Source of the DNA: Gammaproteobacteria bacterium
GTDB taxonomy: Bacteria; Pseudomonadota; Gammaproteobacteria; JBCCGL01
DNA: 64,000 nucleotides
NCBI GenBank assembly: GCA_965277715.1
Contig: OZ255836.1
Location: 224,001 to 288,000 of the forward strand
Reading direction: 5' to 3'
A program made the translations under genes and the position numbers. Shown piece after piece: positions 21,336 through 31,861 of the stretch (positions are counted from its first letter, which is position 1; the number at the start of each line of letters is the position of its first letter). The notes under the pieces are model-generated. The model saw nothing but the letters and a program-made list of their open reading frames with translations, ran no database searches and was not told the origin of the DNA.

Positions 21336-22598
21336 ATGAATATCCAATACTTACCGGTAGTTACGGCAATATCTTTATTATTGGTGGGCACTGCTGCTGC
21401 AGACAATACCAACTTAAACAAACTCGGCGCGTTTAAAACCACAGGTGTTAGTGGTGGTGAAAGCATTCCACAGGAAGGCAAATACGCCAATAATCTACGC
21501 AAAATTCTACAAACAATTAAAATGCCGCCGGGGTTCAAAATCGAACTCTTTGCGCTGGCACCTGATGCCCGGCATATGACTGTAGGCCGCAATAAAGCAA
21601 CAGTATGGATTGGCACCAGGAAGTCTAAAATCTGGGCGGCTACTGATCGTGATCTGGATAACATCGCCGATACGGTGGAAGAGTTTAGCCCCAGCGTTAA
21701 ATTTGATATCCCCAACGGAGTGTGCTATTCACCCGATGGTTTTCTGTTTGTCGCCGAGCGCAATCGGGTGATGATGTTTCCCGCCGCAGAGTTTTTTATG
21801 GAGAGCCCGGATACTGTCGCTATCCCGATAGTTCCCCAAGGCGAGCTGATCCCGGTAGACGAGGAATCTTACAATCACACCGCCAGGGTGTGCGCGATAG
21901 GTCCCGATAACAAATTGTATATCAGCCTTGGCCAGCCGTTTAATGTGACCCCTGATGATAAGATCGAGCGGTATAAGCAAACCGGCATCGGCGGTATGAT
22001 CCGCATGGATCGTGACGGCAGTAACCGTGAGGTGATCGCTACTGGTATCCGCAACTCAGTGGGGCATGCCTTCAACCCGGCAGATGGCAGCTTGTGGTTT
22101 ACTGATAATCAGGTTGATGGTATGGGTGATGAAACGCCGCCCGGCGAGTTAAACAAAATACCCGGTGACGGTATGTGGTTTGGCCACCCTTATTTTGGCG
22201 GTGGTGAAGTCAGAACCAATGAATACAAAGACCAGGCCATCCCCGAGGCAGACATGGCCAAATACGTTGCCCCTCAAGTAGAGATGACGCCTCACGCGGC
22301 CGATCTTGGCATGATGTTTTACACCGGTAAGATGTTTCCAGAGAAGTACAAAAACGCTATCTTTAGCGCGCAGCACGGTTCCTGGAATGCCACGGTGCCA
22401 CGCGGTGCGCGAGTGATGGTGACATTCCTGGACGATGACGGAAACGCGGCAGAAACAGTGCCCTTTGCCGAAGGCTGGTTACAGGATAACGGCGTGTATT
22501 CAGGCCGCCCTGTCGATGTACAGCAATACGTCGATGGTTCTATTTTAGTATCAGATGACAAGGCGGGTGCTGTGTACCGCATTTCTTACAGCAACTAA
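21336..22598 (+). CDS. PQQ-dependent sugar (sorbosone-type) dehydrogenase, exported beta-propeller
   Basis: Signal peptide, GIRNSVG, PHAADLGM, QHGSWN, GRPVDV..DGSILVSDD. Confidence 0.9.
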   Translation: MNIQYLPVVTAISLLLVGTAAADNTNLNKLGAFKTTGVSGGESIPQEGKYANNLRKILQTIKMPPGFKIELFALAPDARHMTVGRNKATVWIGTRKSKIWAATDRDLDNIADTVEEFSPSVKFDIPNGVCYSPDGFLFVAERNRVMMFPAAEFFMESPDTVAIPIVPQGELIPVDEESYNHTARVCAIGPDNKLYISLGQPFNVTPDDKIERYKQTGIGGMIRMDRDGSNREVIATGIRNSVGHAFNPADGSLWFTDNQVDGMGDETPPGELNKIPGDGMWFGHPYFGGGEVRTNEYKDQAIPEADMAKYVAPQVEMTPHAADLGMMFYTGKMFPEKYKNAIFSAQHGSWNATVPRGARVMVTFLDDDGNAAETVPFAEGWLQDNGVYSGRPVDVQQYVDGSILVSDDKAGAVYRISYSN

Positions 22599-22665
22599 AA
22601 AAAGAAAAATACCGGTCAGGGCAGCGCTGGTTTTGCCCTGATCGGCTGTAGTGATTGAATTGATT

Positions 22666-23028
22666 ATGCGTATGAAATATTTTGTTGCGGCAATACTGTT
22701 GCTGGGCTTGTCTGGTCTATTGATTGGCCAGTCTGTTTATGCCGATAACTTGGCCGATGACCTGACAGCAGGCAAGGTAAAGGCCGAATCATCGTGCCAG
22801 ACCTGCCACGGGATGGATGGTGTGGCGACAATCCCCACTGCACCGAATATCAGCGGCCAGCAAAAACACTATATGATCATACAGCTTGAAGCCTACCGTT
22901 CCGGTAAGCGACAACATGCACAGATGTCGATTATCGCCCAGAGTTTGAGCGATGAGGATATTGAACGTGTCGCGCAGTGGTACGCCTCAATCAATGTCAC
23001 TGTCGAACTACCCGAAGGGCACAATTAA
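22666..23028 (+). CDS. cytochrome c553/c4-like monoheme
   Basis: Signal peptide, CQTCH, PNISGQ..Y..QL..YRSG.R, distal Met. Confidence 0.92.
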   Translation: MRMKYFVAAILLLGLSGLLIGQSVYADNLADDLTAGKVKAESSCQTCHGMDGVATIPTAPNISGQQKHYMIIQLEAYRSGKRQHAQMSIIAQSLSDEDIERVAQWYASINVTVELPEGHN

Positions 23029-23144
23029 CCACCCTTGGTTTAAGTGTCCTGACCAATACAAGACCCCACCACTGGGAATAAACCTATCGGTATAAGCCGG
23101 TAAAAAATAATCGGGTGGCTAGTGGGTTCTGGATCGAGATTCGT

Positions 23145-25193
23145 ATGTTAAGAACAATAAAACCCCTGGTATATCTTATTGGGTTGTGTGTATATACATC
23201 CGTCGCGATAGCTGAGGTGACCGAGCTGGACGCGGTTACCGTTACGGCAACGCGTGTTGAAAAGAACCGTGATGAAATTCCGCTGGCCATCAGCACTGTC
23301 GAACAGGACGATATCCAGCTTGCCACTGAACAGCTTGGCCTGGATGAATCACTGGTGGGCATCCCAGGCGTATTCTTTTTTAACCGTTACAACTTTGCCC
23401 AGGATTTACGTGTATCGATACGGGGTTTCGGTGCGCGCTCAAGCTTCGGGATTCGTGGCATTAAAGTACTGGTCGATGGCATACCTGAAACGCTGCCCGA
23501 TGGACAGGGGTCAGTCGATGGTGTGGATATTGGCTCGGCGGAGCGGATCAGTGTTATCCGTGGCCCGGCGTCTTCGCTATACGGTAATGCATCGGGCGGG
23601 GCGATTCTTATCGAGAGCGAAAAAGGCCCGGAAGAACCCTTTATTGAAACGCGCATCAGCGGCGGCGACTATGACCTGAATAAGCAACAGCTTAAATTTG
23701 GTGGCGATACCGGCAGGTTCAATTACCTGGTCAATGCATCCAACACAGAGATCGACGGCTACCGTTTTCACAGCGAAGCGGAGAATCGCCAAATCAATGG
23801 GCGCTTTGAGTTCACCCCCTCTGACAAAACCAGTCTGCTGGCCACACTGCACTATACCGATCAGCCATTGGCCAACGACCCTGGCGGGATTACCGCAGCC
23901 GATGTAGCGGCAGATCGCAGACAGGCACGCGACAATAATGTCACCTTTGATGCGGGTGAATCACTGGAGCAGACGCGTGCGGGGCTAGTGTTTAAAAACG
24001 AGCTCGACGCACAACAAAAACTCCAAACGCGGTTCTATTACACCACCCGCGACTTTAACAACAGACTGCCTTTCCAAAACGGTGGCGCTGTTTCACTGGA
24101 TCGAGATTTCGTCGGCGGCGGTATTAGCTATATCAATACAGGCACCATTGGCGATTATCAAAACCGCCTGCTGGTCGGTGTGGACTACGACTACCAGGAT
24201 GATGAGCGCAGGCGATTCAATAATATGCAAGGGGTTATCGGCGCGCAAACACTGAACCAGAACGAAGAGGTAAGCGCGGTAGGTGTTTATTTACAAAATG
24301 AAATGCAATTGAGTAACCACACCGAATTAACACTGGGCTTACGTTACGATGAAGTGACCTTTGACGTCAGCGATGCATTTCTTAGTGACGGTAACGATTC
24401 CGGCAAAGTCAGCCTGGATGAAGTCAGCCCAATGATTGGCATCAGCACGGCGATTGCCGAAAAATCCCGTCTTTACGCGACCCTATCCAGTGCCTTTGAA
24501 ACACCCACAACAACAGAGTTTGCCAACCCTAACGGTGGTGGATTTAATCAGGCGTTGAAGCCACAAACATCTATCAACTACGAAATAGGCCTTAAATCAT
24601 CAATGGGGGCGCACCATTTTGAAGCGGCGCTATTTCATATCGACGTTGACGATGAGTTGACACCGTTTGAGCTTGCCACCCAACCTGGGCGTACCTTCTT
24701 TCAAAATGCCGGTTCATCGGAGCGCGATGGCGTGGAACTCAGCTACAACGGCCAGCTTGCCCACGGGTTTACACTTTCTGCCGCTTACACCTATTCAGAT
24801 TTCACCTTTGATCGTTTTAGCGATGCCAACGGCGGCGTATTTGATGGTAATCAATTACCCGGGATACCAGAGAGCCTGCTCCACCTGAATGTATCCTGGT
24901 TTAACAGTGCTGGTATTTATGCTTTTTTAAGCACCACCTATACGGGCGAATTATTTGCTAACAATGCCAATACCGAAAGGGTCGATTCACACACGGTATC
25001 CAATTTTCGCCTGGGGTATAACGGCTTTGTTGACGACTGGGAGTTCTCACCGTTTATTGGCATCAATAATTTGTCCGATGAGGAATACAATAACAATATT
25101 CGTATTAACGCCTTTGGTGGGCGCTTTTTTGAACCAGCACCCGACAGAAATGTGTATTTTGGCCTTACAATACGCAAAAATTTTACAGGGTAA
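23145..25193 (+). CDS. TonB-dependent receptor, YncD/PqqU-like
   Basis: TonB box VTVTATR; plug NFAQDLRVSIRGFGARSSFGIRGI..DGIPETLPDGQG; FETPTTTE; FFEPAP. Confidence 0.88.
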   Translation: MLRTIKPLVYLIGLCVYTSVAIAEVTELDAVTVTATRVEKNRDEIPLAISTVEQDDIQLATEQLGLDESLVGIPGVFFFNRYNFAQDLRVSIRGFGARSSFGIRGIKVLVDGIPETLPDGQGSVDGVDIGSAERISVIRGPASSLYGNASGGAILIESEKGPEEPFIETRISGGDYDLNKQQLKFGGDTGRFNYLVNASNTEIDGYRFHSEAENRQINGRFEFTPSDKTSLLATLHYTDQPLANDPGGITAADVAADRRQARDNNVTFDAGESLEQTRAGLVFKNELDAQQKLQTRFYYTTRDFNNRLPFQNGGAVSLDRDFVGGGISYINTGTIGDYQNRLLVGVDYDYQDDERRRFNNMQGVIGAQTLNQNEEVSAVGVYLQNEMQLSNHTELTLGLRYDEVTFDVSDAFLSDGNDSGKVSLDEVSPMIGISTAIAEKSRLYATLSSAFETPTTTEFANPNGGGFNQALKPQTSINYEIGLKSSMGAHHFEAALFHIDVDDELTPFELATQPGRTFFQNAGSSERDGVELSYNGQLAHGFTLSAAYTYSDFTFDRFSDANGGVFDGNQLPGIPESLLHLNVSWFNSAGIYAFLSTTYTGELFANNANTERVDSHTVSNFRLGYNGFVDDWEFSPFIGINNLSDEEYNNNIRINAFGGRFFEPAPDRNVYFGLTIRKNFTG

Positions 25194-25245
25194 TAGAAGC
25201 GGGGAATCGTCTTTCAGTTGCTAATCGTTTTCCCGACATTGAACC

Positions 25246-26055
25246 ATGCGTGCCATCTCGGTTGGTTTTGTCATATCGTTGTTACTGCATAGCACCGTAA
25301 TAACCAGCGTCCTATGGGCATTGCCACGCTATCAAACACCGCAAAATAAATTACTTTCACTGGTATTACTCCATCCTCCTCAGCAGGTGGATAAGACCAC
25401 TCCAGTACCAGCAGCCAATAGCCCAGCGCCTAAATCTAAACCTGAAGCGCAACCCGAATCCAAGCCAGCCCCCAAGCTCATCACTAAACCACAACCTAAG
25501 CCTAAGCCCCAATCCAGGCCTGTGTCTAAATCACAACCCGACTTCAAACCAGCGCCTGAGCCTATACCTGAACCACAGCCAGAACCTAAACCAGCGCCCA
25601 GACCTGCACCAAAGCCACAGGCCAAGCCCAAACTACCCTTAGAATCAACGCGTGTACCAGTTTTAAAGGCAAAGCCTGATGCGATACAAAAGCCAGCGTC
25701 TGAGGTAACACCCATTCAAACATCACCATCAACACCGGCGCCGTTAAGCACGCAGGCAGATATTCGAGCGGAAAAAGCCTATATAAACGCTGTACGCGAT
25801 TTGATTGAAAAAAATAATACCTACCCCAGAAAGGCAAAGCGGCGGCGAATACAGGGTGAAGTTATTGTTCGCTTTACCCTCTCGGCAAATGGCGTGGTAA
25901 CCCGTCGTAATGTGCATAAAACATCCGGGTTTTCTGTGCTTGATCAAGCGGCGTTATCCGCTGTTACTAAAGTGAGAAGGTTTCCTCCTTTTCCTAAACA
26001 CACTCAACGTACACAATGGGTGTTTACAATACCATTGCGCTATGCACTTAAATAA
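25246..26055 (+). CDS. tonB: energy transducer TonB
   Basis: N-terminal TM with SLLLH, Pro-Lys-rich spacer, YPRKAKRRRIQGEV..SGFSVLDQAA. Confidence 0.9.
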   Translation: MRAISVGFVISLLLHSTVITSVLWALPRYQTPQNKLLSLVLLHPPQQVDKTTPVPAANSPAPKSKPEAQPESKPAPKLITKPQPKPKPQSRPVSKSQPDFKPAPEPIPEPQPEPKPAPRPAPKPQAKPKLPLESTRVPVLKAKPDAIQKPASEVTPIQTSPSTPAPLSTQADIRAEKAYINAVRDLIEKNNTYPRKAKRRRIQGEVIVRFTLSANGVVTRRNVHKTSGFSVLDQAALSAVTKVRRFPPFPKHTQRTQWVFTIPLRYALK

Positions 26056-26064
26056 ATACCTCTA

Positions 26065-26918
26065 AAACATATTGACGTTTCACATGGGTAACCAAAGAAA
26101 GGCGCATGCCAAGGCGAGCATGCTCCGATAGTTCCGCTTCAACTTATCATATCGGGTGGCAATCGCTCGAAAATGCTTCAATCGAGCAAACACATTTTCA
26201 ACCAGGCGTCGGTATTTATATAAACACCAGTCGATATCCTCATCGCCTATTTTTGAGTTGCTTCGCCGTGGAATAACCGGAACGGACTTTTTCTGTCTAA
26301 TCTGATGGCGTAACGCCTCGCTGTCATACCCTTTGTCAGCCACCACATACTCGCTTTTTGGCAAGGCATCAATCAATTCAGGAGCTGTTGTGGAGTCATT
26401 AACCTGCCCAGCAGTGATATCAAATAATACGGGCAACCCAAACCCATCTACAATCATGTGTATTTTCCTTGTTTTCCCGCCTCGACTGTTGCCAATGGCT
26501 TGATTTTCATGCCCTCTAGCCCCTGCGCTATGTTGGTGTGCCTTCACAATACTTCCATCAATAAATGCCCATTCTTGATCGGGTTCTTCGACAAGCGCAT
26601 GGAAAATGTTCATTAACTTGCCTTTCGATGACCAGTCATTAACGCGTTTATAAACACTATTCCAGTCACCAAATGACGCCGGTAAATCTCGCCACGGACA
26701 CCCCACACGCAATCGATAAAGAATTCCTTCAACGACTAACCGTAACTTCGGCTTGTCATAAATGCCTTCTTTAAGCATGCTACTCCGTAGCTTCGACCAA
26801 TACCCATCGTTGAGCAATAATCGGGACATGGCAAACTCGTATTTGTTGTTTTTCTCACATCCAATGATACGAGTTTGCCTTTTGTTTCAAAAGCTTATAG
26901 CCAAACGTCAACAGGCCC
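26065..26918 (-). mobile_element. IS5-family element (transposase 26080..26829)
   Basis: GCPWRDLP, IDGSIVKAHQH, ADKGYDS, RRLVENVFARLKHFRAIATRYDK; TTGACGTTT inverted ends. Confidence 0.9.
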
Positions 26919-27290
26919 TAGCACCATTGATTTGTGTTTATCGCTGTTTCCTTGGGCCGATTTTCGAACGACCAAAGGTGCGATTAAATTGCATGTTGGT
27001 TTGAATCATGCAGGATACCTACCCGAATTTGTGTCGATTACCGAGGGTAAAGTACATGATGTTACTATTGGTAAGCTGTTGAGTTTCCCTAAAGGTAGTA
27101 TCATCGCCATGGATAAGGGTTACAATGACTACAATTGGTATAAGCAATTGACTAACAAGGGAATATTCTTTGTCACGCGACTCAAGAAGAATGCTAAATA
27201 CAGGGTTGTCAGTCGTCGTTCGGTATTGAAAGATAAAGGGCTAAGCTGTGATCAGACCATTGAATTTACGGGTGTTCAAACATCAAAAAA
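26919..27290 (+). pseudogene. IS4-family transposase internal fragment
   Basis: STIDLCLSLFPWA.FR..KGAIKLH..AMDKGY..FFVTRLK; truncated at both ends. Confidence 0.85.
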
Positions 27291-27502
27291 ATGGGGCTAC
27301 GCACGGTTATTATCATACTGCATCAAACTTAACAGTAAACACGCAAGTAAGTGCAGGGCAAGTGATAGGGAGCAGCAATTTTTCAGGTCGAGCTACAGGG
27401 TTGCATCTTCACTATACGATTCAGACAGGAGCTACAAGAGCCACGAGAATTGATCCCTTACCATACTTGAGAAATCTAAATCCAAGTACACCAGGTCAAT
27501 GA
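27290..27502 (+). pseudogene. orphan toxin tip 1, M23-peptidase-like
   Basis: YYH..VSAGQVIG..SGRATGLHLHY..IDP; fused behind the IS4 fragment and followed by a small exported ORF. Confidence 0.6.
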
Positions 27503-27512
27503 GGGTATAGGT

Positions 27513-27959
27513 ATGTGCAGAGTTTTTGTAATAATTTTATTTTTTGTGTCTGTAAATGCAATAGCACTAGGCGCGAAATTTGAAGAGCCTAGTGATGCTT
27601 CGGTTTCCGTGGTTAAACAGTTTGGCTTGGGACAATTTGAATTTACTAACAACGGTAATTTTTCTGGTGTTATTAATATTAAAAATCATGTGTCTGGCAA
27701 GAGCTTTAAAGTATTTTCTGGCAGATATCTTAATGCACAGAAAGGGGATAAAAAAAGCTTTGTTTTAATAACGAGTATTATCGGTGATAAGCTGAATAAA
27801 GAATCACTATATGAATTTTATACCAAAACTATAGAAAATATAGTATATGAGGATAAAAAAATATACGTAATTTTCAAACGCGAAACAGAAATGTATGGAT
27901 GGATAGAATGGCGAAATAATGAATTTACATTTGTCTTATTTCGAGACCCAGAATTATGA
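27513..27959 (+). CDS. putative immunity protein 1 (signal peptide)
   Basis: AT-rich 148 aa ORF with GAGG RBS just after the tip; cleavable signal peptide. Confidence 0.65.
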   Translation: MCRVFVIILFFVSVNAIALGAKFEEPSDASVSVVKQFGLGQFEFTNNGNFSGVINIKNHVSGKSFKVFSGRYLNAQKGDKKSFVLITSIIGDKLNKESLYEFYTKTIENIVYEDKKIYVIFKRETEMYGWIEWRNNEFTFVLFRDPEL

Positions 27960-28065
27960 TAAGTGTCGTGGATATCTATGGACAAAAAATCATGGGCATC
28001 TATTATTTGAAGAACCATAGCGTAGCGTGTCATTTTCTGATCGTATAAATTCCCAAATTATCGAT

Positions 28066-28595
28066 GGGCGGTTACTACTGCGGTGATTGAGGGTACTGCC
28101 GCTGAGCTTGGCGGGGGTAAGTTTGCAAACGGGGCACAAACCGCCGCGTTTGCGCATTTGTTTAATGCGGAGATGAGTAACCTGAAGAAAATAATAGACA
28201 GTACGAGTGAAGCGATAGGTCATTATTTCAATGGCAATGGCGAATAGGTAGAGCTTGGGCCTAATACAAAAATGGCCTTGCGAAATCACCCGCTGGTGCA
28301 ACGCCAATCTGAAGTTTTACGAACAGAAACAGCCAATCACCTTAATGATAATTTGAGCGTTGAGTTAAGAGGAGAGGTTTATCATGTAGGAAAAACAAGA
28401 GTGGATTTTTCAACTGCTTGCCAATCTGGCTCTTGTACAACGACTTATATAGGGTTCTCCAATGACGGGTTCTGGGGTCCTAGAGCCCCTGTGGGATTTG
28501 GTGATGGAATTGGAGGTGGTTGGGAAATTCCTGGTGGTATTGGATATCGTTATAATCCATATAGATGGTCAGAAACGTACCCGGATAGGTTTTAA
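28066..28595 (+). pseudogene. orphan Rhs toxin cassette 2 (linker + tip), in-frame TAG at 28245
   Basis: ELGGGKFANGAQTAAFAHLFNAE junction, then a tip paralogous to cassette 5. Confidence 0.8.
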
Positions 28596-28596
28596 G

Positions 28597-28887
28597 ATGA
28601 TCTACTATTTACTGTTTTATTCCATCATTTTCTTGAGCTTTTTACTGTTTGATAGGTTTTCCAAAATAGGTTGGTCGAGTGTAAAAATATCTTTTTTTTC
28701 ACTTTTTAGCTCTGTTGTTATTTTGCTGTTTTGGAATTTTTTTCTCAGCTCGTTCTTTTTTGATCTAGAAACTCTCGGTAGTGGTGTATCAATGGTGCTA
28801 AGTTCAATTTTCTCAATAATTGAATTATTTGTTTATTCGTCACTGTTTTGTATTGCATTGTATTTTTACAGGCGAATGGCTAAATGA
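28597..28887 (+). CDS. putative membrane immunity protein 2
   Basis: ATG just after the toxin stop; about 3 hydrophobic segments. Confidence 0.65.
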   Translation: MIYYLLFYSIIFLSFLLFDRFSKIGWSSVKISFFSLFSSVVILLFWNFFLSSFFFDLETLGSGVSMVLSSIFSIIELFVYSSLFCIALYFYRRMAK

Positions 28888-29339
28888 GTCAGGCGCCTGG
28901 GCAGGCAAACTAATTAGAACAAACAATAGCTAAAAGGACAGTCACTGAACCCTTTCTGGTTCAGTGAAAAAGCGAAGTAAGACATAGCTTATATTGCCTG
29001 GTTGCTCTAATCGTTCGTCGAACAGCAGCCTTTTAGCTGTCTTTTTTATGTGCTGACCACGAGCTGCTTTAGCTGATGCTGCTTAATGACCACATTGAGA
29101 AAATGGCAGATCATCTCCTGGTCGTGGTGTTTTAGCTGATCGACCTTTGGTATTGAGCTTGATCATTACTCAGCAACAATAGTGTCCACAAATAATTTTA
29201 TGGGTAAATACTATGGACAAACTGCTAGGGCACTCGATAAAATTTTCTATAGAGATAGTTGCCAATAGAATATTTATCCTAATTAAATTATAAAGGTATC
29301 TGCAAAAATGATGTCTACTTTGAAAAATTTATCCTTTTT

Positions 29340-29798
29340 ATGTGTTCTATTTTTTTTAGTTTGAATGCTCAATCTTCTGTAAATTATAAATATGTCGATA
29401 TATTTAATTCTTCAAAATGTTTCCTCATAAACCTTGACTTAAATCAGTTAATTTTAGATGGCATAGGAGGTTCGACATCTTTCTGTTCCAAAAAAAATAA
29501 ATATTTTTGCTTTTATAGTAAACATATTTCTTTTGCCATACCGAGAGGGAATTTTGAACTACAAAAAGAATGGGTATTTAAGAACATTCGCTATAGAAAC
29601 GAAGGAAAGAAAATAGTAAATTTTTTAGATAATTCAATCGAGATTTATAATATACTTGTCATAAAAAATAAAATTATCTATTCGTTTCTATATTCTAAGC
29701 CTCATGGCTTGATAGCTATAGGATTGTTTGACTCTTCGATGAGCCAAGGCCGTACTTATTTATTAGTTGGTAAATATGGTTTTGCTTTTCAGAAATAA
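29340..29798 (+). CDS. orphan putative immunity protein 3 (exported; 5' end probably frameshifted)
   Basis: AT-rich ORF within the array; signal-like N-terminus begins near 29308 in another frame; cognate tip degraded. Confidence 0.5.
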   Translation: MCSIFFSLNAQSSVNYKYVDIFNSSKCFLINLDLNQLILDGIGGSTSFCSKKNKYFCFYSKHISFAIPRGNFELQKEWVFKNIRYRNEGKKIVNFLDNSIEIYNILVIKNKIIYSFLYSKPHGLIAIGLFDSSMSQGRTYLLVGKYGFAFQK

Positions 29799-29827
29799 AA
29801 ACCCACGTGTAGCGTGCTATTTTTTGG

Positions 29828-30892
29828 AAATATACGGATCCTAGCGGGTATTTTTTAAAGAGCTTACTTAAAAAAGCATTCGGGAGACTTGCGGGTCTCA
29901 TATTAGGGTTGCCGGCGGCTTTGCAGTGACTTGAGAAGAAAGTTAAAAGAGCCGCTATTCGGGCTGTAGGTCCAAAAATTGCCAACCTCGTGGCGGCCAT
30001 TGGCTCAGCATTTTGTGGCCCCTATGCGGCGGCGGCGCTGTGTTATGCGACGGCGCAATACGACATAGCCAGAGCGCATGGGGCTTCGCCCTCGGAAGCC
30101 GCTAGAGGTGCCGCTGTAGCGGGGGTAACGTATTATCTTGGCCAACAAGCCAGTAGTTGGGTTGGTTCAACCTTTGACATTAATGCTGGTGCAGGTCAGT
30201 ATGCCTTGAATGTGGCTGCTAATGGTGTGGTTGGTGGTACTTTGACGGTTGCGCAAGGCGGAAAGTTTGGTTATGGGTTTGTTTCGTCGGCCTTTGCTGC
30301 AGGGGCAAAGTCGTTGAATTTTGATATTTGGGGGAAGTCCGCTAATTATAAAATTCATCGGACGGTTACTGCTGCGGTGATTGGGGGGACGGCATCTAAG
30401 CTTGGTGGGGGGAAGTTTGCAAATGGGGCGGCTAGTGCAGCGTTTACTCATCTGTTTAATGCAGAGTGGAGTGCTAAGCGAAATCCAGCAAAACAAATAG
30501 CCGATAAAGCCTTGGAAGATGAGCATTTAAGTTGGGGTGAAGCCAATAAGATTTGGCGCAATAATGATGCCCCGAACTTTGAGGTTACCGTTGATGCCAG
30601 TCAGTTAACGGTTGAGCAAACAAGTGATTTCAATGAAAATGGGATTGCAACAGGAAAAGTTCAGGGTAGTGATTGGCTTGTTCATGGCTCAGTCACTTTA
30701 AGTAGGGACGCTCAAGGTAATATTACTCTTCCACCTGGCCCATATGATTTTCAGCCTCATGGTTCATTTTTGAGTCGTCCAGTTCGTAACTTTGAAACTT
30801 ATGGTGGTTTTTATATGGCTTCCAATGCTGGAATATCAGTAGGGACAGATTTTCTAATAAAGTATTCAGGGCACCCTAATGTTATTAAATAA
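29828..30892 (+). pseudogene. orphan Rhs cassette 4: DPSG core end + Gly/Ala linker + colicin-M-like tip
   Basis: KYTDPSGY at 29828, frameshift and stop in the linker, GGKFANGA..FNAE junction, tip with YDFQPH..R..ET. Confidence 0.8.
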
Positions 30893-31277
30893 GGTAATTA
30901 AATCTGTTTTAATTGTATTTGCTTTTTTTGTGTTTCTATATCTTTTAGCTAGCCAATTACTGGGGCCAGGTGTTGGGGATTTCTCTACTTCAATTGCCAA
31001 TGGATATAAGTATGAATATTTAGGTGGCAATGAAAGGGTTGTTGTTTATCAAGGAGAAGAGCGTTCAAACACAATTATTATTGACTCCAGGGTTGATGAT
31101 TATTTTATTGAAAATAATAATTTATTAGTTGCACGGCGACCTAGGGAAATATACAAAGATCATGGCATAACAAAAAGTCGCCTCTCTAATAATTGTGAAT
31201 ACTGGGTTATCAACATTAAGACGCATGAAGTCAAACAAACCACTGATTTTGGTGGTTTACGTTGCAAAAAAAACTAA
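30879..31277 (+). CDS. putative immunity protein 4 (N-terminal anchor + periplasmic domain, DUF3997-like)
   Basis: Overlaps toxin stop; TM then GVGDFSTSIANGY..YWVIN. Confidence 0.7.
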   Translation: MLLNKVIKSVLIVFAFFVFLYLLASQLLGPGVGDFSTSIANGYKYEYLGGNERVVVYQGEERSNTIIIDSRVDDYFIENNNLLVARRPREIYKDHGITKSRLSNNCEYWVINIKTHEVKQTTDFGGLRCKKN

Positions 31278-31289
31278 TTAGGACATGCA

Positions 31290-31380
31290 GAGCGCCGAGG
31301 TAAATCGGCAAGAGATCGGAGGTGAAAGTCCTCTACACGGTAAGTTTAAGGTCAAGGAAGGCAGGTGTTGAATTACTGGT
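31290..31380 (+). other. group II intron 5' fragment (start of domain I)
   Basis: GAGCGCCGAGG-TAAATCGGC (GTGCG-like 5' end with hairpin) followed by GGAGGTGAAAGTCCTCT. Confidence 0.5.
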
Positions 31381-31861
31381 TTTTGCAAACGGGGCACAGA
31401 CTGCCGCTTTTGCGCATTTGTTTAATGCGGAGGGTATCCTTAAGAAAATGATAGACAGTACGAGTGAAGCAATAGATCACTATTACAATGGTAATGGTGA
31501 ACAGGTAGAGCTTGGCCCTAATACTAAAAGTGCCTTGATAAACCATCCCTCAGTAGTTCGTCAATCTAATGCTCTTAGAAGTGGTACAGCAAAGCACTTG
31601 AATAGCAACTTAGGAGTTGACATGACGGGTGATGTCTTTCATGTAGGAGATACTGCTGTTGTGTTTACTACCAGTTGCTCATCGAGCGAATGTACAACTA
31701 ACTATACAGGTTTTGTTGAGGCACATAATCCTGGGATGCCAAATATTACTGGTTCAGATGGGTTTAGAGATCCCCTGAGTTTAGGGTTTGAGATTGGTGG
31801 TACTCCTTATGACTATTCGCCCTATACATGGTCGGAAACTTATCCAAATAGGTTTAAGTAA
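31381..31861 (+). pseudogene. orphan Rhs cassette 5 (junction + tip, paralog of cassette 2)
   Basis: FANGAQTAAFAHLFNAE then KKMIDSTSEAIDHYYNGNG..DGFRDP..WSETYPNRF. Confidence 0.8.

Noticed and set aside
25400-25640. Repetitive CCT/AAA-rich DNA
   Set aside because: Ordinary Pro-Lys spacer of TonB
28930-29200. Possible IS3-type remnant (GTGGACAC end on the minus strand)
   Set aside because: Too degraded; no convincing transposase frame
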